The position numbers were made by a program, and so were the translations under genes. A stretch of 64,000 nt of DNA from Lingula anatina (taxonomy: Eukaryota > Animalia > Brachiopoda): contig CM120644.1 in NCBI GenBank assembly GCA_051362555.1, positions 22,032,534-22,096,533 on the forward strand. Reading direction: 5' to 3'. Shown one piece after another: positions 25,125 to 39,084 of the stretch (position 1 is the stretch's first letter; every line of letters starts with the position of its first letter). The notes beneath the pieces were generated by a model. That model was not told the origin of the DNA. It saw nothing but the letters and a program-made list of their open reading frames with translations, and did not search any database.

Positions 25125-27690
25125 ATGACCAACGTTGTGCAGAGTTTGTCTGATTTTTTTGCAACCCTTGGTTTGACGACAGTTTTGATATTCGTGACAG
25201 TGTTGTTGATAAGTCTGTGGATGTTGTCGTCGAGGAATCCTCGGGTGAACTGGCCCCCCGGACCTGTCTGTTTCCCCGTGGTGGGATGTCTCCCTCAGCT
25301 GATGATCAGCGGTAGAAGACGACAACCGACAGATCTTCTTCCATGGTATGATACATACGGAAATATCATGCACATCAAACTGGGTGAACAACACATGATA
25401 ATGCTGGGCACATATGAGCTGATAGAAGAGGCTTTCGTGAAGAATGCAGCTACAGTCAGTGCTAGGCCTACCTGGGTATATTACATCAGACGATTAGTCG
25501 GAAAAGACGGTAAATAAAATGATTTCAACCTATTTTATGCAAGTGAGCTGTGTGAGTGTGTTTGGAGAGACATTGTGTGTGTGTGTGATGTGTGTGGGTT
25601 TTTGTGGGCGTTTATGTGATGATGATAAGTTTGTGTGTGTTTGATTGTGATTGTGTTTCTCTCCATCTCCATTTTTGTGTCTGGTAATTAAGGAAATGGA
25701 GCCATTAAATATGCTAATTATATGTAAACTGCAGGTGCTGGAGTTATCTTCAAAAATGGACACGCATGGAAGGAGCTAAGGAGATTCACACTCTCGTCTC
25801 TTCGAGATTTCGGCCTTGGGAGAAAAAGTTTACAAGAAAAAATTCAGGATGAGGCCAGATACTTGGTGCAAAACATTGAAGATGAAAACAGAAAGGCTTT
25901 TTCTCCCAGAGACAGGATTGGGAAAGCTGTCAGCAACATTATTTCTATCGTAGTGTTTGGAGCTATGTAACTGAATAGCTAAACTTAGCGACTAGTAAAA
26001 CTATTTAAGATATCTTAAATGATTTGGGGAGTATGTGTATAGATTTACATGTGCTGCCGGTACGGTGCACAATGTAAGTAAAATTATTTAATTAGCCATA
26101 TCTTCAAGTCAATTGGCTTCTTCTGAGATCGTCCAAAGTCTCTCGAAGTATCTGGAAATCAAACGAAATGTCGCGAGATTTGAAAGAGAGCGTGATCAGA
26201 AATCAGCGCAGACCTTGCATTTTTTTTTTTCACACTGCAAAGGGCCTGATATTTTGAGGTACTGACTCGTTAATCAATCATTCCAGATATAGAATGGATG
26301 TTCTCCTAGAATTAACAGAAGTTGCAAATAAATTGATTCTACCTGCTATAGTTCCGAGCCTATCTGAAAGCCGAGTGTTGGAAAAACAATGAAATGGCTC
26401 CTCATACTAAATTTCACGAGGGATTAAAAGCGATTGCCGAGCATACATGTATGTCTTGTGGATGTTATGACTTGCTAATAAGAAAATGGTGTACATTCAA
26501 TTGTTTCTCTAACCATTTTTTCTATTCCTGGACTCGCGTCTGCCGTGTGGCAACATATATAAATTTACAAAATTTCATCCAATATTATCTTTCTGGTCGT
26601 ATTCTTTTACATTTTGTCATACTGCAATCTATTGTAGAACAGTTTTTTATGTTTCACTTTGGAATAACTTCTTCGATAGAAACTCCCAGCATGGTGAATT
26701 TCACTTCATTCGAGATTGGTGTTTCACTTCATCCTCTGAAAAGACACACGCGCAAATTATCGTTTTAAAATGTCGTATGAGGTTACTAGTGCTACAGTCT
26801 CTTTAAATGCGATCTCGGTTGAATTTCATTATGTTTTTAATAAAAGAAAGTGTTTCCTTAAAATGATTTCAGATATGACTATGAAGATACCCCAAAGATG
26901 TTGTCAGTTTTGGAGGAATCCGTGAGACTGAACAAAGGAGGGCCTCTGGCCTTTACCAACTTGGCGCGCTTGCTTTTTCCGGTAAAATTGATCTATTCCA
27001 AACATTTTTCATAAAACCTTTTACATAGTGCCTATAATTCCCCTATATATTTTTCTTCATTTCCTATTCATTACTGGCGTATATTTTGTTAATTTTTGAG
27101 CAATACTAAATGAATTCATTAATTTCAAAATCAGACCATTGTAGACCTACAGATTTTACTTTAAACGTTAACCACAAGAATATTCCGATTCCTACAAAAT
27201 TAATCAAAGTTTTCTTTCATATGAAAAATATATTCGTCCTCGTGGACAAATTGTACATTTTGTATTTGGTTCTTATAAAAAGCCTGTTGCAAAATTGGTG
27301 TCAAAAATCACAAGAATGTTACTCGATTTAAGCAAAAGCTGGTAACTTTCATTTCAGAAGAAGAAATTCGTCCTCATGGATGAATTATATATTTTGATAA
27401 GACAGGAAGTAAAGCGGCACCGCCAGTCCTTTGATCCAACTGACATCCGGGACTTTATTGACCTCTATATAAAAGTCACCCAAGAGAGACTAGATCCAGA
27501 GATTTTCACTGGTATGTAACCGATTTCACGTACAGATTTGATCCCGACTTGATGGGATTCAACAGATGACTGTCTTTCAACGTTAATTACGTGCATAACA
27601 TACCTGGTATTACCCGATTAAATATCGATAATTTTCATCGCCGTCTCCTAATTGTAAACTCTGCCCATTGATTGTAACCACCCTCTACTG

Positions 27691-27743
<53 letters not shown>

Positions 27744-30700
27744 AGATTGGAACGTTTTCCGCATCATAGTTGATCTATATTTGGCTGGAACCGATACAAC
27801 AGCTAATGCTTTGAGATGGTCCCTGGTTCATATGGTAAATCACCCGGATGTACAGAAGAGGGTACAGAAGGAAATTGATCAGGTAAAGACCCACAGTACA
27901 TTGTATAAATGAGCAAGAGCGGGAAAATTAGACGATCTATCGTTATTTTTTTTTTTACTTTTTAATCCTGTGTAAAATATATGTATTTATGCCCCGTTGT
28001 TTGTAATGCATGTTCACGAAATTTGTCCTTAACCAATTTGTCGAGAGGTAGTCACGTGAACAAATTGTAATGGGTTGACCTCCAATAGCCAACACATTCA
28101 TATTGGATTTCTATGGTCACTACATGAGCTGGTTTTCATTACTTGTTGTAAACTTTATGTTTAGTCAGCTGGGATAGTGGATCTTTGGTGTCGGTCAATT
28201 ATCCTCACTTCGCTATCCCCACTTTGAACCGAGCCAAGAGGTGATCTCAGCTAAAGTCAGTAATTGTACAATGTAACTAAATTAAGGAACGTGTTTCGTA
28301 ACGATATGATATACTTTGCTCGATAAACGTATTTGATTTAAGGTCATAGGTCAAGGTCGTGTTGCCAAGATGGAGGACAAGGCAAGCATGTCGTTCACTG
28401 AAGCAACCATACTGGAGGTCTTTCGCATGTCTACTGTTGGTCAGTAACTTTTTCTTTACATATTTCGAATTTAAATTGCCAATAACAATCTTCATTTAAC
28501 AAAACTAGAGATACAGCGGTGTTTGCTTAATTAAATACCGTCTTGGAAAACTGCGACATCTAATTAATAAAAATGGAAAACAAAGAAAATTAAAAGAAGA
28601 AAGGGATTTGTTCAATTTCTGTTCCTGTTTCCGGGGTCGAAATACATGTAGTTCTCATCTTAACAAACTTATGGAGTACAGTGGAAACAGTGTGTTACGG
28701 CAATTAATACAACCACGCATTTTTTTTATTATTTACGGGTAGTTCGTTCGAATTAGTGTATTGTAGAACAGAACCAATTTACCTTTGGTGTCCTATTTAA
28801 GTTGCTTTCTAATATTTTCTTCTCGAGACACTGAGTGTCAGTCTGTAGAATGTTACCCAACCTCTCGTGAATTCTCGCAAGTTGTCTTGTCTCTTATGAC
28901 GTCACGTTGTGGTCTCCATTCAAATGAATCATTTCAAGAACGAGAAATCTTTCATTCCATGTCATCAGTTCCCATGGGTGGTCCCCATGCCACCAGTGAA
29001 TCTACAACTTTGGCCGGATACACCATTCCCAAGGACACCATAATACTAGGAGATTTGTACCGGGTTCTTCACGATAAGAATAACTTCGAGGATCCTTACA
29101 AGTTCAAACCAGAAAGATGGCTTGATGGCGATGGTAAAGTGATCAAGTCGGACAAAATGATACCATTTTCCATAGGTACGTTACTTTACATTACACCTAC
29201 ATGTTAACCATGCAGCAGCGCATTAATGAAATTTCTAATTACCTCCGCCAAGGAGGTTATGTTTTCACCGCTGTTTGTTTGTCTGTCTGTCTGTCGGTCC
29301 GTCTGTCATCAACAAAACTCAAAAAGGTATGGACCAATTTTGATTAAATTTTCAGGAACTGTCAGAAGTGGGCCAAGGAACAGATGATTAGTTTTTGGTG
29401 GTGATCCGGATCAACAATCAATCAATAATCAATAATAAAAATATTGAAAATTTAGGGATGAATTGGCATTGGATTGAGACTTTGCTTCCTTGGCGGAGGT
29501 CTGCGCTCTCTGAGTGCTTTTCTAGTTTTTGTCTGTATAAACAACTACTTTACCTTATCTCTGTTAGGAAAATCAGAATTGCTCTAATCATATCCAATAA
29601 GAAATACCCAAGACCTACTTTATACACATAATATACTATCTGGTGCCCTTCCTGTTTTTTGCTGTGGCATATATAATATGTCACACATGGCAAAGCTTTA
29701 TGGAAGTTGTCGAAGGCTAGACAATGCATTCAAAACACTTTTAACAGTTAAAACCAAATTCAAACTGCGGCCAATATCTTCCCACTGCCCATAGGTATTG
29801 CTAACACCTGTCAGTTGTCAACATATCTTTCTAGTTTAGGAGTAATACGCACTGCATGAAAAATCAGCTTTTATATATCCTGAAAGGCGCTCAAAAGGCT
29901 TCCTTTTATTCACCTTCTCACACCTTTCCTAGACCTTTCGTTTTTTTAGGAAAGGTGTAAAAGACGATCTTTTAAATGACTTTTGTATAAGTGAAAAGGT
30001 ATACAAATGGCCCACTTTTCTTCACCTTTTCTCTACTCAAAAGTTTAACTTTCATAAACCTTTTGCTGCAAAAAGACGATCTTTTGTTGAAGAAAAGGTA
30101 TTCTCAAGTTCATCATTCATCAACTTTTCGCATGCTAAAAGACATATGAAAGACCCACTTTTCTCTACCTTTTCCTGCTAAAAAGTCCAACTTTCAGATG
30201 CCTTTTGTGCAACTTTTCAGATACAAAAGATAACCTTTTCAAACCTTTTTATTTAAGAAAAGACTGCATTTTTCCATCTTTTGTTACGTATTTTAATGTA
30301 ATATTTATTGCCGCGATTTAATAATATATTGATAAACAGAACAACACATGGTATAAATTTTAATAATTTATTCCATTATAACATTTTTGTGCAGGTTGCG
30401 CTTGTCTTTTGAAAGGTTTTTTGATAATCCAAGGACATTTGATTTTTTGTTTTGATTATCCAAGAAAGGCCCAGGAAATGTTCTCTAAATGTACTTTCAG
30501 CCAGATCCACTAGTCCTACTATATATGCATAACTTCCCGCTCTCCTGGGAGTAGTTTTCCTGGAATCGTCTGTCAAGAGAACACTTTGCCTGCCCAAATC
30601 TTTGTCTTTTGCTTCCTGAAAAATAGGATGCATGTCATGATAAATGCTGTTTTGGGTAACAGTTCATTTTAATGCTAATCAAATATGATGAAAACAATGG

Positions 30701-33700
30701 CAACTTTTATGATGTTAGAAGTATTTTCAAACTATGGACTTAAAGCCATCAAAAGTCTTAAAAGAGAGATTTTACAAGGTTTAAACATGCTTCTATAATA
30801 GTACCTCCTTCCTTTTTTTCCATATATTTTGTTTCAGCTCATCCAGTCCTTTTGCTTGTTTTAGAACATCCTCCTACTTTTCAGAACTGTAGTATCTTTT
30901 AATGGCACCTGGTAAATAGATAAAAAGAGTGAATTATTTGAGTGTAATATCATGCAAAAAGTTTTCAATTAGGGAAATATGAATAATGAAATAGCTACAA
31001 GTAATGATGAAAATATGCATTCATGATTACTGCTAGGCAACTTGATTGGGCTTTGTACAGAACTTATATAGGCTCCTGTATTACATACCCCATTCTTCTC
31101 TTCCAATTTTTTTTTTTTGCCTTAGTACATCCACTTTGCTTGTTTTATGTGCTGTTCAGACAGCCTGTCTTTTAATAGCATCTGGAAAAGAAATAGATAT
31201 TTTAAGATAGTGAATTATTTTAGTGTAATATCATACAAACAGTTTTCATTAATGAAAATATGAATGCTGAAATAACTACATGCAATGATGAAGATATTCA
31301 TGATTACTGCTTAGGGTTCATACAGCAACATAAAAGCAAATTGAATGACTTCTGAGGCTCTAAATCAATAACTTTTCAATAACTCAATGCATCTTACTGT
31401 CATTTTTAAGTTTGCATACTTGTAAAAGAGGTGCATCATTCACACAAACTTTGTATTTTAATGATAATGAAACATCAGAAAAAAATTGACAGATTAAAAA
31501 GGGCATTCCCCCAGCATGTCTACATTCAGGTTAAAAACAAGGTTTGAAATAATCATTCGACAAATTTCTAACTGATCAAATCCCAGAATTTTTTAGGGAA
31601 AATGATAAATACAAGCCCTTTGTAAGGCTAATAACAATTTCAAGTACTTTTAATGTCATAAACAGACTGAATTCATGTACAAGGGGCAATATATACTAGA
31701 TTCAAGCACTTAAAGTGCTGTATGAACCCTGCGAGTGAACCAGTGCATTGATTATATAACCCTGCCTGGAATTTAGGTCAAGGAATGTAGGTCGACTCTA
31801 TGGGATTAATACAGGCCAGTTATATACATGTACAGAATCTTTACTTGTACGCGGGGCCGTACTTTGACGTAAACTTTTTGCAGTGTTCTAATAAATAGGA
31901 CAGAGTGTTCGATTAACAATTGTTTCACGATCGTGATAATCTTTTTTCAGCACGGTCTGTTCTCCGTGCATAAAACCCATCTTGGGCGTCCGTGACACGG
32001 TTGTTTGTTCCCTTATTATGACTGATTCAAATGTTATATTAGACCTACCTGATGCATTTACTCATTCTCTTCATCCTCATCAGTTAAAATATCGCCGCAA
32101 CAAATGCCATCTTGCAAAGAAGTCGACCATAATCAATACGGTGGCTTGGAAATTATCTTCTGTGATCGGCCTACACAGACTTACAGTCCGCGCATTTTCA
32201 ACCGCCTGGCCTTGCGCATGCGCAGATAGTCTGTAATGGGATATCTTTCGCGCCGATTCTCTAGCATTGACCTATAACGCAGTATTAATGGCAGAAAAGC
32301 TCGCACGGCAACCTTTAACTTCGTGTTTTACTCAAGACTAAAACAGCAAGAGACAATTATATAGATCACTAGACACGGGGCAGACGGTCATCGTTTTACA
32401 AGGTAGGTGATATAGTGATTTCAGTTTTGTTCGCACAGTGTATGTTAACACAAATTATAGCAAAGCATACTTCTGGGATTAAAGCGGGAATCTTTCTCGA
32501 CGCACTGCATGTTGCAGGGTAATTTGGCCGTCTCTCGAGAAAGGATCGAGTTAAACTGAGTTTCATTGGGCTTGGCTTTGGGTCTGTTCTAACGTTTGAC
32601 CTGTTACTCGCTGTGAATTTTGGAAATATATGTGCACGTCCACGATACGGGGTAACAACAAGGGGTTGTCATTTTTAAAAGTGTTAGAATATTCCCATGT
32701 GTTGGATTACAAGGGGGTGCTTTAATGTGAAAGGGGATGGATTCGACTTAGACCCCATTTCCAGAGATTAGATCGATCTACTTTAGATCGACCTAACTCC
32801 CTGGGGGTTCACGCTAAATAGCTGTCAGCCGAGCGGACACGAAAGTTAATTACCCCCTTACAGCTTGTAGTAGGCAGGACGGACATTTAAGCCGGATTAT
32901 CTGACAGTAATCTAGTGAGACTCCCTGCGGGGAGAGATCGATCTAAAAGCTCTGGGAATACAGCCTTATACAACCGAAAATGACACTATTTAAAACAGCT
33001 GCACATTATAGAAAAGAATTAAGTTCTCAGAAAAATATTGTCATGTGTTTTTGTCATGTCTCTATTATTCAGTATGTCTTTTCTTTTATAAAGGAATTGG
33101 GCGTCACAAGGATGAAAAAGCAGTGCCTGTCGTCACAAGAAAATAGATGAACATCTTAAAGAAGGCTGCATTCCTGTGCTCCTGTTATACATGAATTCCC
33201 AGTCTACAGCTACAATAGAAATTGTTAACCTACGTGTATAACCTCATTGTGTTTACCTCAGACCCACTCTCCATCAGATTTATGGAATTAAACATGCTAA
33301 AATGATAAAGGGGAGACTGACTCGCTCTGAGCAAGAGAATAAGTAAACAGTTATGTATGGTTGATAATTTTCCTCTGATATTAAGATTAACTACAGAAGT
33401 GTAAGCAAGATGAATGAAGGATATGCAAACTGTAACAGTCTGTCAGTAATATAACCAGTTCCAATACAAACAAATTCCAATTGCATAGCTGATTACTACC
33501 TATCCAACTTCGGTTAAATATTTCCATCATGCCCAGGGCCTTACTATTAGGGATTATGTAAAAGGTAAAACTTGCTCTCTGGAGTCTAAAACACATCATA
33601 ACAATTTTAGAGTGGTTTTTATCCTTAGAAACGATCCCCTGGTCAGGCAAACTATGGAGAGGTGACCTCTGACATTTATTGTAATTATAATTTTTGACTT

Positions 33701-35434
33701 GATACAATCAATGCTAATACTGACATAACTGCAAATAACAAAGTTAGTGATGAGAGATCCTATAACCTTTTTGGTCAAGGAGGGGTGGTTTTCTGTTAAG
33801 AGACGAGCCTCTAGCCAGGCAAATTATGGAGAGGTGACCTCAAACACTTTTTGAACTTGGTGCAATCAATGCTAAAATCCTGACATTACTGAAAATAACA
33901 AAGTTAGTGACGAGAGATCCTATTGCCTTTTTTGTCGAGGAGGGGTGGTTTTCTGTTTAGAGACGAGCCTCTAGCCAGGCAAATTATGGAGAGGTGACCT
34001 CAAACACTATTTTGACTTGGTGCAATCAATGCTAATACTGACATTACTGAAAATAACAAAGTTAGTGACGAGAGATCCTATTGCCTTTTTTGTCAAGGAG
34101 GGGTGGATTTCTGTTTAGAGACGAGCCTCTAGCCAGGCAAATTATGGAGAGGTGACCTCAAACACTATTTTGACTTGGTGCAATCAATACTAAAATCCTG
34201 ACATTACTGAAAATAACAAAGTTAGTGACGAGAGATCCTATTGCCTTTTTTGTCGAGGAGGGGTGGTTTTCTGTTTAGAGACGAGCCTCTAGCCAGGCAA
34301 ATTATGGAGAGGTGACCTCAAACACTATTTTGACTTGGTGCAATCAATGCTATAATCCTGACATAATTAGCTACTGTCCAGAAGCATGGAGATCATTTCC
34401 TGTGAAAGTAATTATCTAGGCAAATATGGAGATGTAACCTCTGACATATAATTTTTTATTTGCTGTATTTAAACCCTGACAATATTGGAATAAAAATATA
34501 GTTACTTTCGATTCTGAAAGTTGTTTGTCGTTTAAAGCGTCAAAATTATATGTCTACCTCAAGTGAAATTCGGTGAACACTTCTTCTACTGCTCTGAATG
34601 CTATATATTTATACATAAACTCCAGCCAATGCAAGATTGCATAATTTTTTCTCCGAAATGCAAATCACCATATTCAATCTATCAGTTAAATACTTTAATC
34701 AAAGTGCAAAACATTTCATCATGCAAACAATTTGCAAAAGTATTCGCTTTTTCCATAATGCGCTGAATGTAAGATACGGAATTAAGTCCTGTACATAAAA
34801 TAAATAGTATACATACAAAAGATCACCACGCATTATTATAAAATTAGTCTTAAGCTTTCAGAAAATAAAAGTTAACAAAATGAGACCTTTCCAGTTAACA
34901 AAAGCTGGAATGTAAGGTGGCCTTTCGCAGTGTAAAAGGTGATAGTTGAACTTTTGAAAACTGAAAGTTAATGAAAATGTGAATGACGGTCTTTCCGAGA
35001 CGTAAAAGTTGATAAAAAGATGACCTTTTACAAATGAAAGGTGAAAGATGACCTTTTCGTCAGGAAAGGATGATGAAAGATGAGGGATCATCTTTCGATA
35101 ACATTTTGTAGATGAATGAAAGGCGATAAAAGGTGTTTTTTCATGCAGTGACGTGAAAAGGAGACATCGGTTGGGCTATTATATATAGTTACAAATGTAT
35201 TTATGTAATTAAGTGTATATTTTCTCATTGTGATCGCTTATTTGTATTTCAGGGCCTCGTATTTGCCTGGGTAAGGGACTGGCTGAAATGGAATCGTTCA
35301 TTTTCTTCACCACGTTGCTTCAGAACTTCACCTTCAAGGTACCGGAGGGGGATAACCCGCCCAGTGGAGTAGAGGGTCTGCATGCCATCACTTTCTCGCC
35401 ACACGATTACAATGTGTGCACAGTTAGGCGCTAG
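25125..35434 (+). CDS. Cytochrome P450, CYP2 clan, copy 5 (intron 7 expanded to about 6 kb by transposons)
   Basis: Exons 25125-25509, 25735-25966, 26873-26981, 27358-27511, 27746-27882, 28343-28439, 28969-29175, 35253-35434 join in frame. Confidence 0.88.
27691..27742. repeat. (ATT)n microsatellite in CYP intron 4 (variable length; also about 382-411, 8026-8077, 21693-21709)
   Basis: Visible trinucleotide run upstream of exon 5. Confidence 0.95.
29239..29527 (+). mobile_element. Non-autonomous Helentron/HINE (DINE-1-like) element
   Basis: Subterminal inverted repeat ACCTCCGCCAAGG / CCTTGGCGGAGGT, (GTYT)n microsatellite, 3' hairpin GCGCTC..GAGTGC and CTAG end in a T-run. Absent from the homologous intron of copy 3. 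Confidence 0.82.
32751..32965. mobile_element. Degenerate MITE nested in the CACTA-type element
   Basis: Inverted ends ..CCAGAGATTAGATCGATCT / AGATCGATCTAAAAGCTCTGG.., flanked by TTA. Confidence 0.55.
33640..34445. repeat. About 159-bp tandem repeat (about 5 copies) inside the CACTA-type element
   Basis: GAGGTGACCT recurs at about 33659, 33831, 33991, 34149 and 34309, with near-identical sequence between. Confidence 0.9.
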
Positions 35435-36884
35435 GAATATACTGACTGGAACGATAAACTGAATCTTAGTTTACCCCACACCTCACTTACTATAAATATC
35501 ATTACATAAACACCTTTGGTATTGAAATTAACCACAAAACACAAAGGTCATTTGTATCTAATTTGATTGCAATTTATAAACAAGCCCCAGCAAAAGTTAG
35601 ATTGCATGATATTTTCTCCAAATCGCCAAATTTAATATGTAGTTCTGGATATCTTGGGCAAACTGCAGAAAAATTCTTTGCGCAAATAAGTCGCTAAGTA
35701 TTTGCTTTTAGATATGGAAATCAGATATGCTATATGAAATCATATGTACAGAATACCGCCCTATCGATATGATAAAATGAGTTGTTAAATTAAAAAAGAT
35801 AAAATGTGAATGTAGATCTTTCCAGTTATAAAAAATGGAATATGAAGTGGTCCTTCACAATCTGAGAAGTGGTAGCTGAAATCTTGAAACGTAAAAGTTA
35901 ATGAAAATGTAAATGATGGTGTTTTCGAGAGGTGAAAGTTAGAAAAAAAGGGGCATTTCACATAATAGTAGTTGAAAGATGACCTTTCGTCACGAAAAGA
36001 TTATCAAAGATGAGGGCTCATCTTTGGGTTATACATTTTGTAAATAAATGAAAAGTGATAAAAGGCGTTTTGATTGTACAGTGATTGAGATTCATCTTGT
36101 CTTTTACTTAAAAAATCAAAATGCTATCACTTTGTTTTCGGCTTTGAACATCTTGTCCTCAAAATGGGCTTCTACTCATCCGGGACATTTCTGAGAACCG
36201 CATTAAGACATCTGAATGCATACATGATATTCATCACGATTTTATAGTCTGCCAGCGATTTACAGTTTTAACTACATGTATATTAGCTTGATAACCAGTG
36301 AATGAGTTTTACAAACCTAAAAGGCATTTCTTCGATAACAGCTCTCTTTTTTCTTTCTCTCTCTGTCTCTCTCTCACACACACATACGCACGAGCGCACG
36401 CACATAGGCACGCACCCACACACAGTTATTCACATACACAGGCACGCACGCACGCACACACGAATGCTTTAGAGTCCTGTGTCCAAATCCTTTGTAATTG
36501 TGGTAGAGAAGACACATGGCTGCTTGACAACGTTGTCAAGATTCTGTTTCAAAAATCGATAATTTTGTCAAAAAATGATCCTCCACATATATCCCCCTTT
36601 CCAAAATTATGATTAGCAATTGGGGGGGGGGGGGGGGAGGGGGAAGGAACATAAAAAATTATTTTAAAGAAATTGAATTATCAAAGTACATATATTGAAA
36701 CCGATACATGCATATAGTTTTAAGAAGCAGACAGTCGACAAAACAGAGTGAGTATTTTTATACGCATTGAAGTGACTCAGACATTTTAAGCTCCAACACT
36801 CTTGACTGGGGGTTTTCAAGGAAATTTGTTCCCTGAGCACTGTCAAATATTAAGTTTTATCAGTTGATCAACTACACACTTGAA

Positions 36885-38514
36885 TTAATATGGAATAATT
36901 CAGTTTCAAAGGCATACCTTGGTAAAAATGCGTTCTTTTTTTCAAAAAAAACTCAGATCACATATAAGATATTTGACTGAAGAAGTGTTAAGTGAGGAGA
37001 GTCGCTACCAATTAACTGACTACCATGTCTGTTGCACTGCTCCATTGTGTAAGATGCAGTGATTTAATTGGGCAGTGCTACTTTGGGCAGGTCAAAGCTT
37101 GGATTTGGCGAAGCATGGTTTTGTCAAATAAGTATCCATATGTCGGCAACTATTGCATCGAAGAATTTGCATGCAAGCGGTCGGTTTTGCAGGTTTGCAG
37201 TGCGTAAAACGAGTTAAGCAGTGTTATACAAAAGTGTTAGTCTGTGCCAGAGTGGCGCAAAAAGACAGACATTGCGAGACAGATTATTGCGTCACACGGA
37301 ATGGTCCGCACAGTATTATGAGTTATGCCCAGACTGATGCACCTACTGTACACAGAGGTCACGCCCTATGTATCGAAATCTTACCACCAGGGTACAGGAC
37401 TCACTGTCCTTCCGGATATGCTGCTGTAACTAAACAAAAACCACCCAGTCCGTTAAGAATTAGGGGCAAATTGTCACCAAAACGCATTTTTCAAGGCTCT
37501 GAATGAACACCACCCTGGTTTCAGCAGGTTAGGATACAATAGGACCTCTGAGGAAGCCACTGTAAACAGCAAAACAGCGTTTCTCTAATGAATTGGGGAC
37601 CATGACCGTTTCTGGGCAGAACACTGAAACCGCGTGGCTTTCTGTATTGAGGTCAGATTTCACCTGTACCGCTTAACTGGTCAAACCAGAGTTTAAAGAC
37701 ATCCTGAAGAGGCCTACAATGAAGAGTGTGCCGCTTCTAAAGTTACCAAGGTCACTGATGTCAACAGCGTCAGTATTTGGAGTGGATACCACATTGGTGC
37801 CAAAACACCAATGGTAGTCATCGATGAAAACCCGAACCAGATCAAATAAGTGAATAATCTGGGAACCACTTGACTATCATTTGATAGGGGGCACCTTAGG
37901 AATAAATTTAGATTACACGATGAGATCGCCAGTTCACACAGAGCACTTTAAATAGCGGATAACTTACAGAACCAAGGGAATGAGCAGTTACCTTGGTCAT
38001 AAAAATCGCCATTTTTGAAACACATAGACGATATGTGGGTAGGACATTTCTCACCGAATCAATGGCCCTACAGCAAAACCAAACCAAATTGGACAAGTTT
38101 TGGCTGTTGTCTGGAAGTTTATTCCAAATTAAACTCTAAAAACCTATCCAAAGGAATGCCTTACCGCTTAAAAGCTCTGGCAGCAGCCATATGAGGTCAG
38201 GCGTAACAGCTACTGTTACTGTGCCTAGACACTGACATGAGGATTATTTGTGGGGTGTGTAACTCTTTTAAAGGCGATAATTTGGAAAATATGGAGATCC
38301 AAAATATTCTTTCAATGGTGGTCGTATGACTTTGACTAGGCAATGTATTTTTGTTTGCTTCACTGGCGAATTCAGCTAATGAACTGATGTCACAGTGACA
38401 TCAAAGAGATTCTTAAAAGTTATAAAAACACCATTTTAATACTTATTTTCATTTATCAGTCAGCAAAATGGGGAAAAACTGATGAATTATGATTTTGAAA
38501 ATATTCCATATTAA
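36885..38514. mobile_element. Probable decayed DNA element between CYP copies 5 and 6
   Basis: Inverted ends TTAATATGGAATA / TATTCCATATTAA, and it interrupts the otherwise conserved spacer. Its right 270 bp recur inverted at about 47813-48082. Confidence 0.55.
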
Positions 38515-39084
38515 ATATCAAGTCTGCATATTATTGCAAATGGTAACAATAATATTAATAATACACGCTGCTATTTCATTACAGGATAGCAGGGCTGTGT
38601 CCAGTTAATCTGTAAAAGACGTCCAGTGTGTCAGAACTGGGCCACAGATCGATTTTTCACTAGATATTCCGGGCTATGCGTTAAAGTTAATTCTAAACAC
38701 TTTTCTGCCTAGCGAGAATTTACGTATGGTATTGTCAACTGGTCTCTGATATAAGATATGTAAATACACATTCGTTCTTTCACGACCGTACTCAGGTTGA
38801 GCACTTTTTTGTTTAAACTCCTTGGGTTGAAGTAGGCGAATATCTTTTACGTCTGTTTCTTTAAAATCTTTGCTTGAAGATTTGTGCGAAATCTTGCCAT
38901 TTTTCCACGTCAGTGATGTAAAAAACATGGTTGCATAATACGCCTCTACAGTAATACCTGCACATAAACAAGAATAAATTGCACATAAAGATATCAGGAA
39001 TAGACCTTGTTTCGTTTAGGTTACGTGAATAATGTCTTACCGCGGCATACTGCTTATGCCATTCTAGCTCTTACATAATCCAAA

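Larger units (their letters stand above)
29850..35150. mobile_element. CACTA/EnSpm (CMC)-type DNA transposon, apparently non-autonomous, 5301 bp, in intron 7 of CYP copy 5
   Basis: About 25-bp imperfect TIRs CACTGCATGAAAAA...TTTTTCATGCAGTG and a 3-bp TSD (ACG). The empty site is visible in copy 3 intron 7 (about 16950). Dense ACCTTT/AAAGG subterminal repeats; no long ORF. Confidence 0.88.

Noticed and set aside
37025-38096. Possible transposase remnants in the inserted segment
   Set aside because: Short ORFs with no motif I can recognise; a translated search would be needed.
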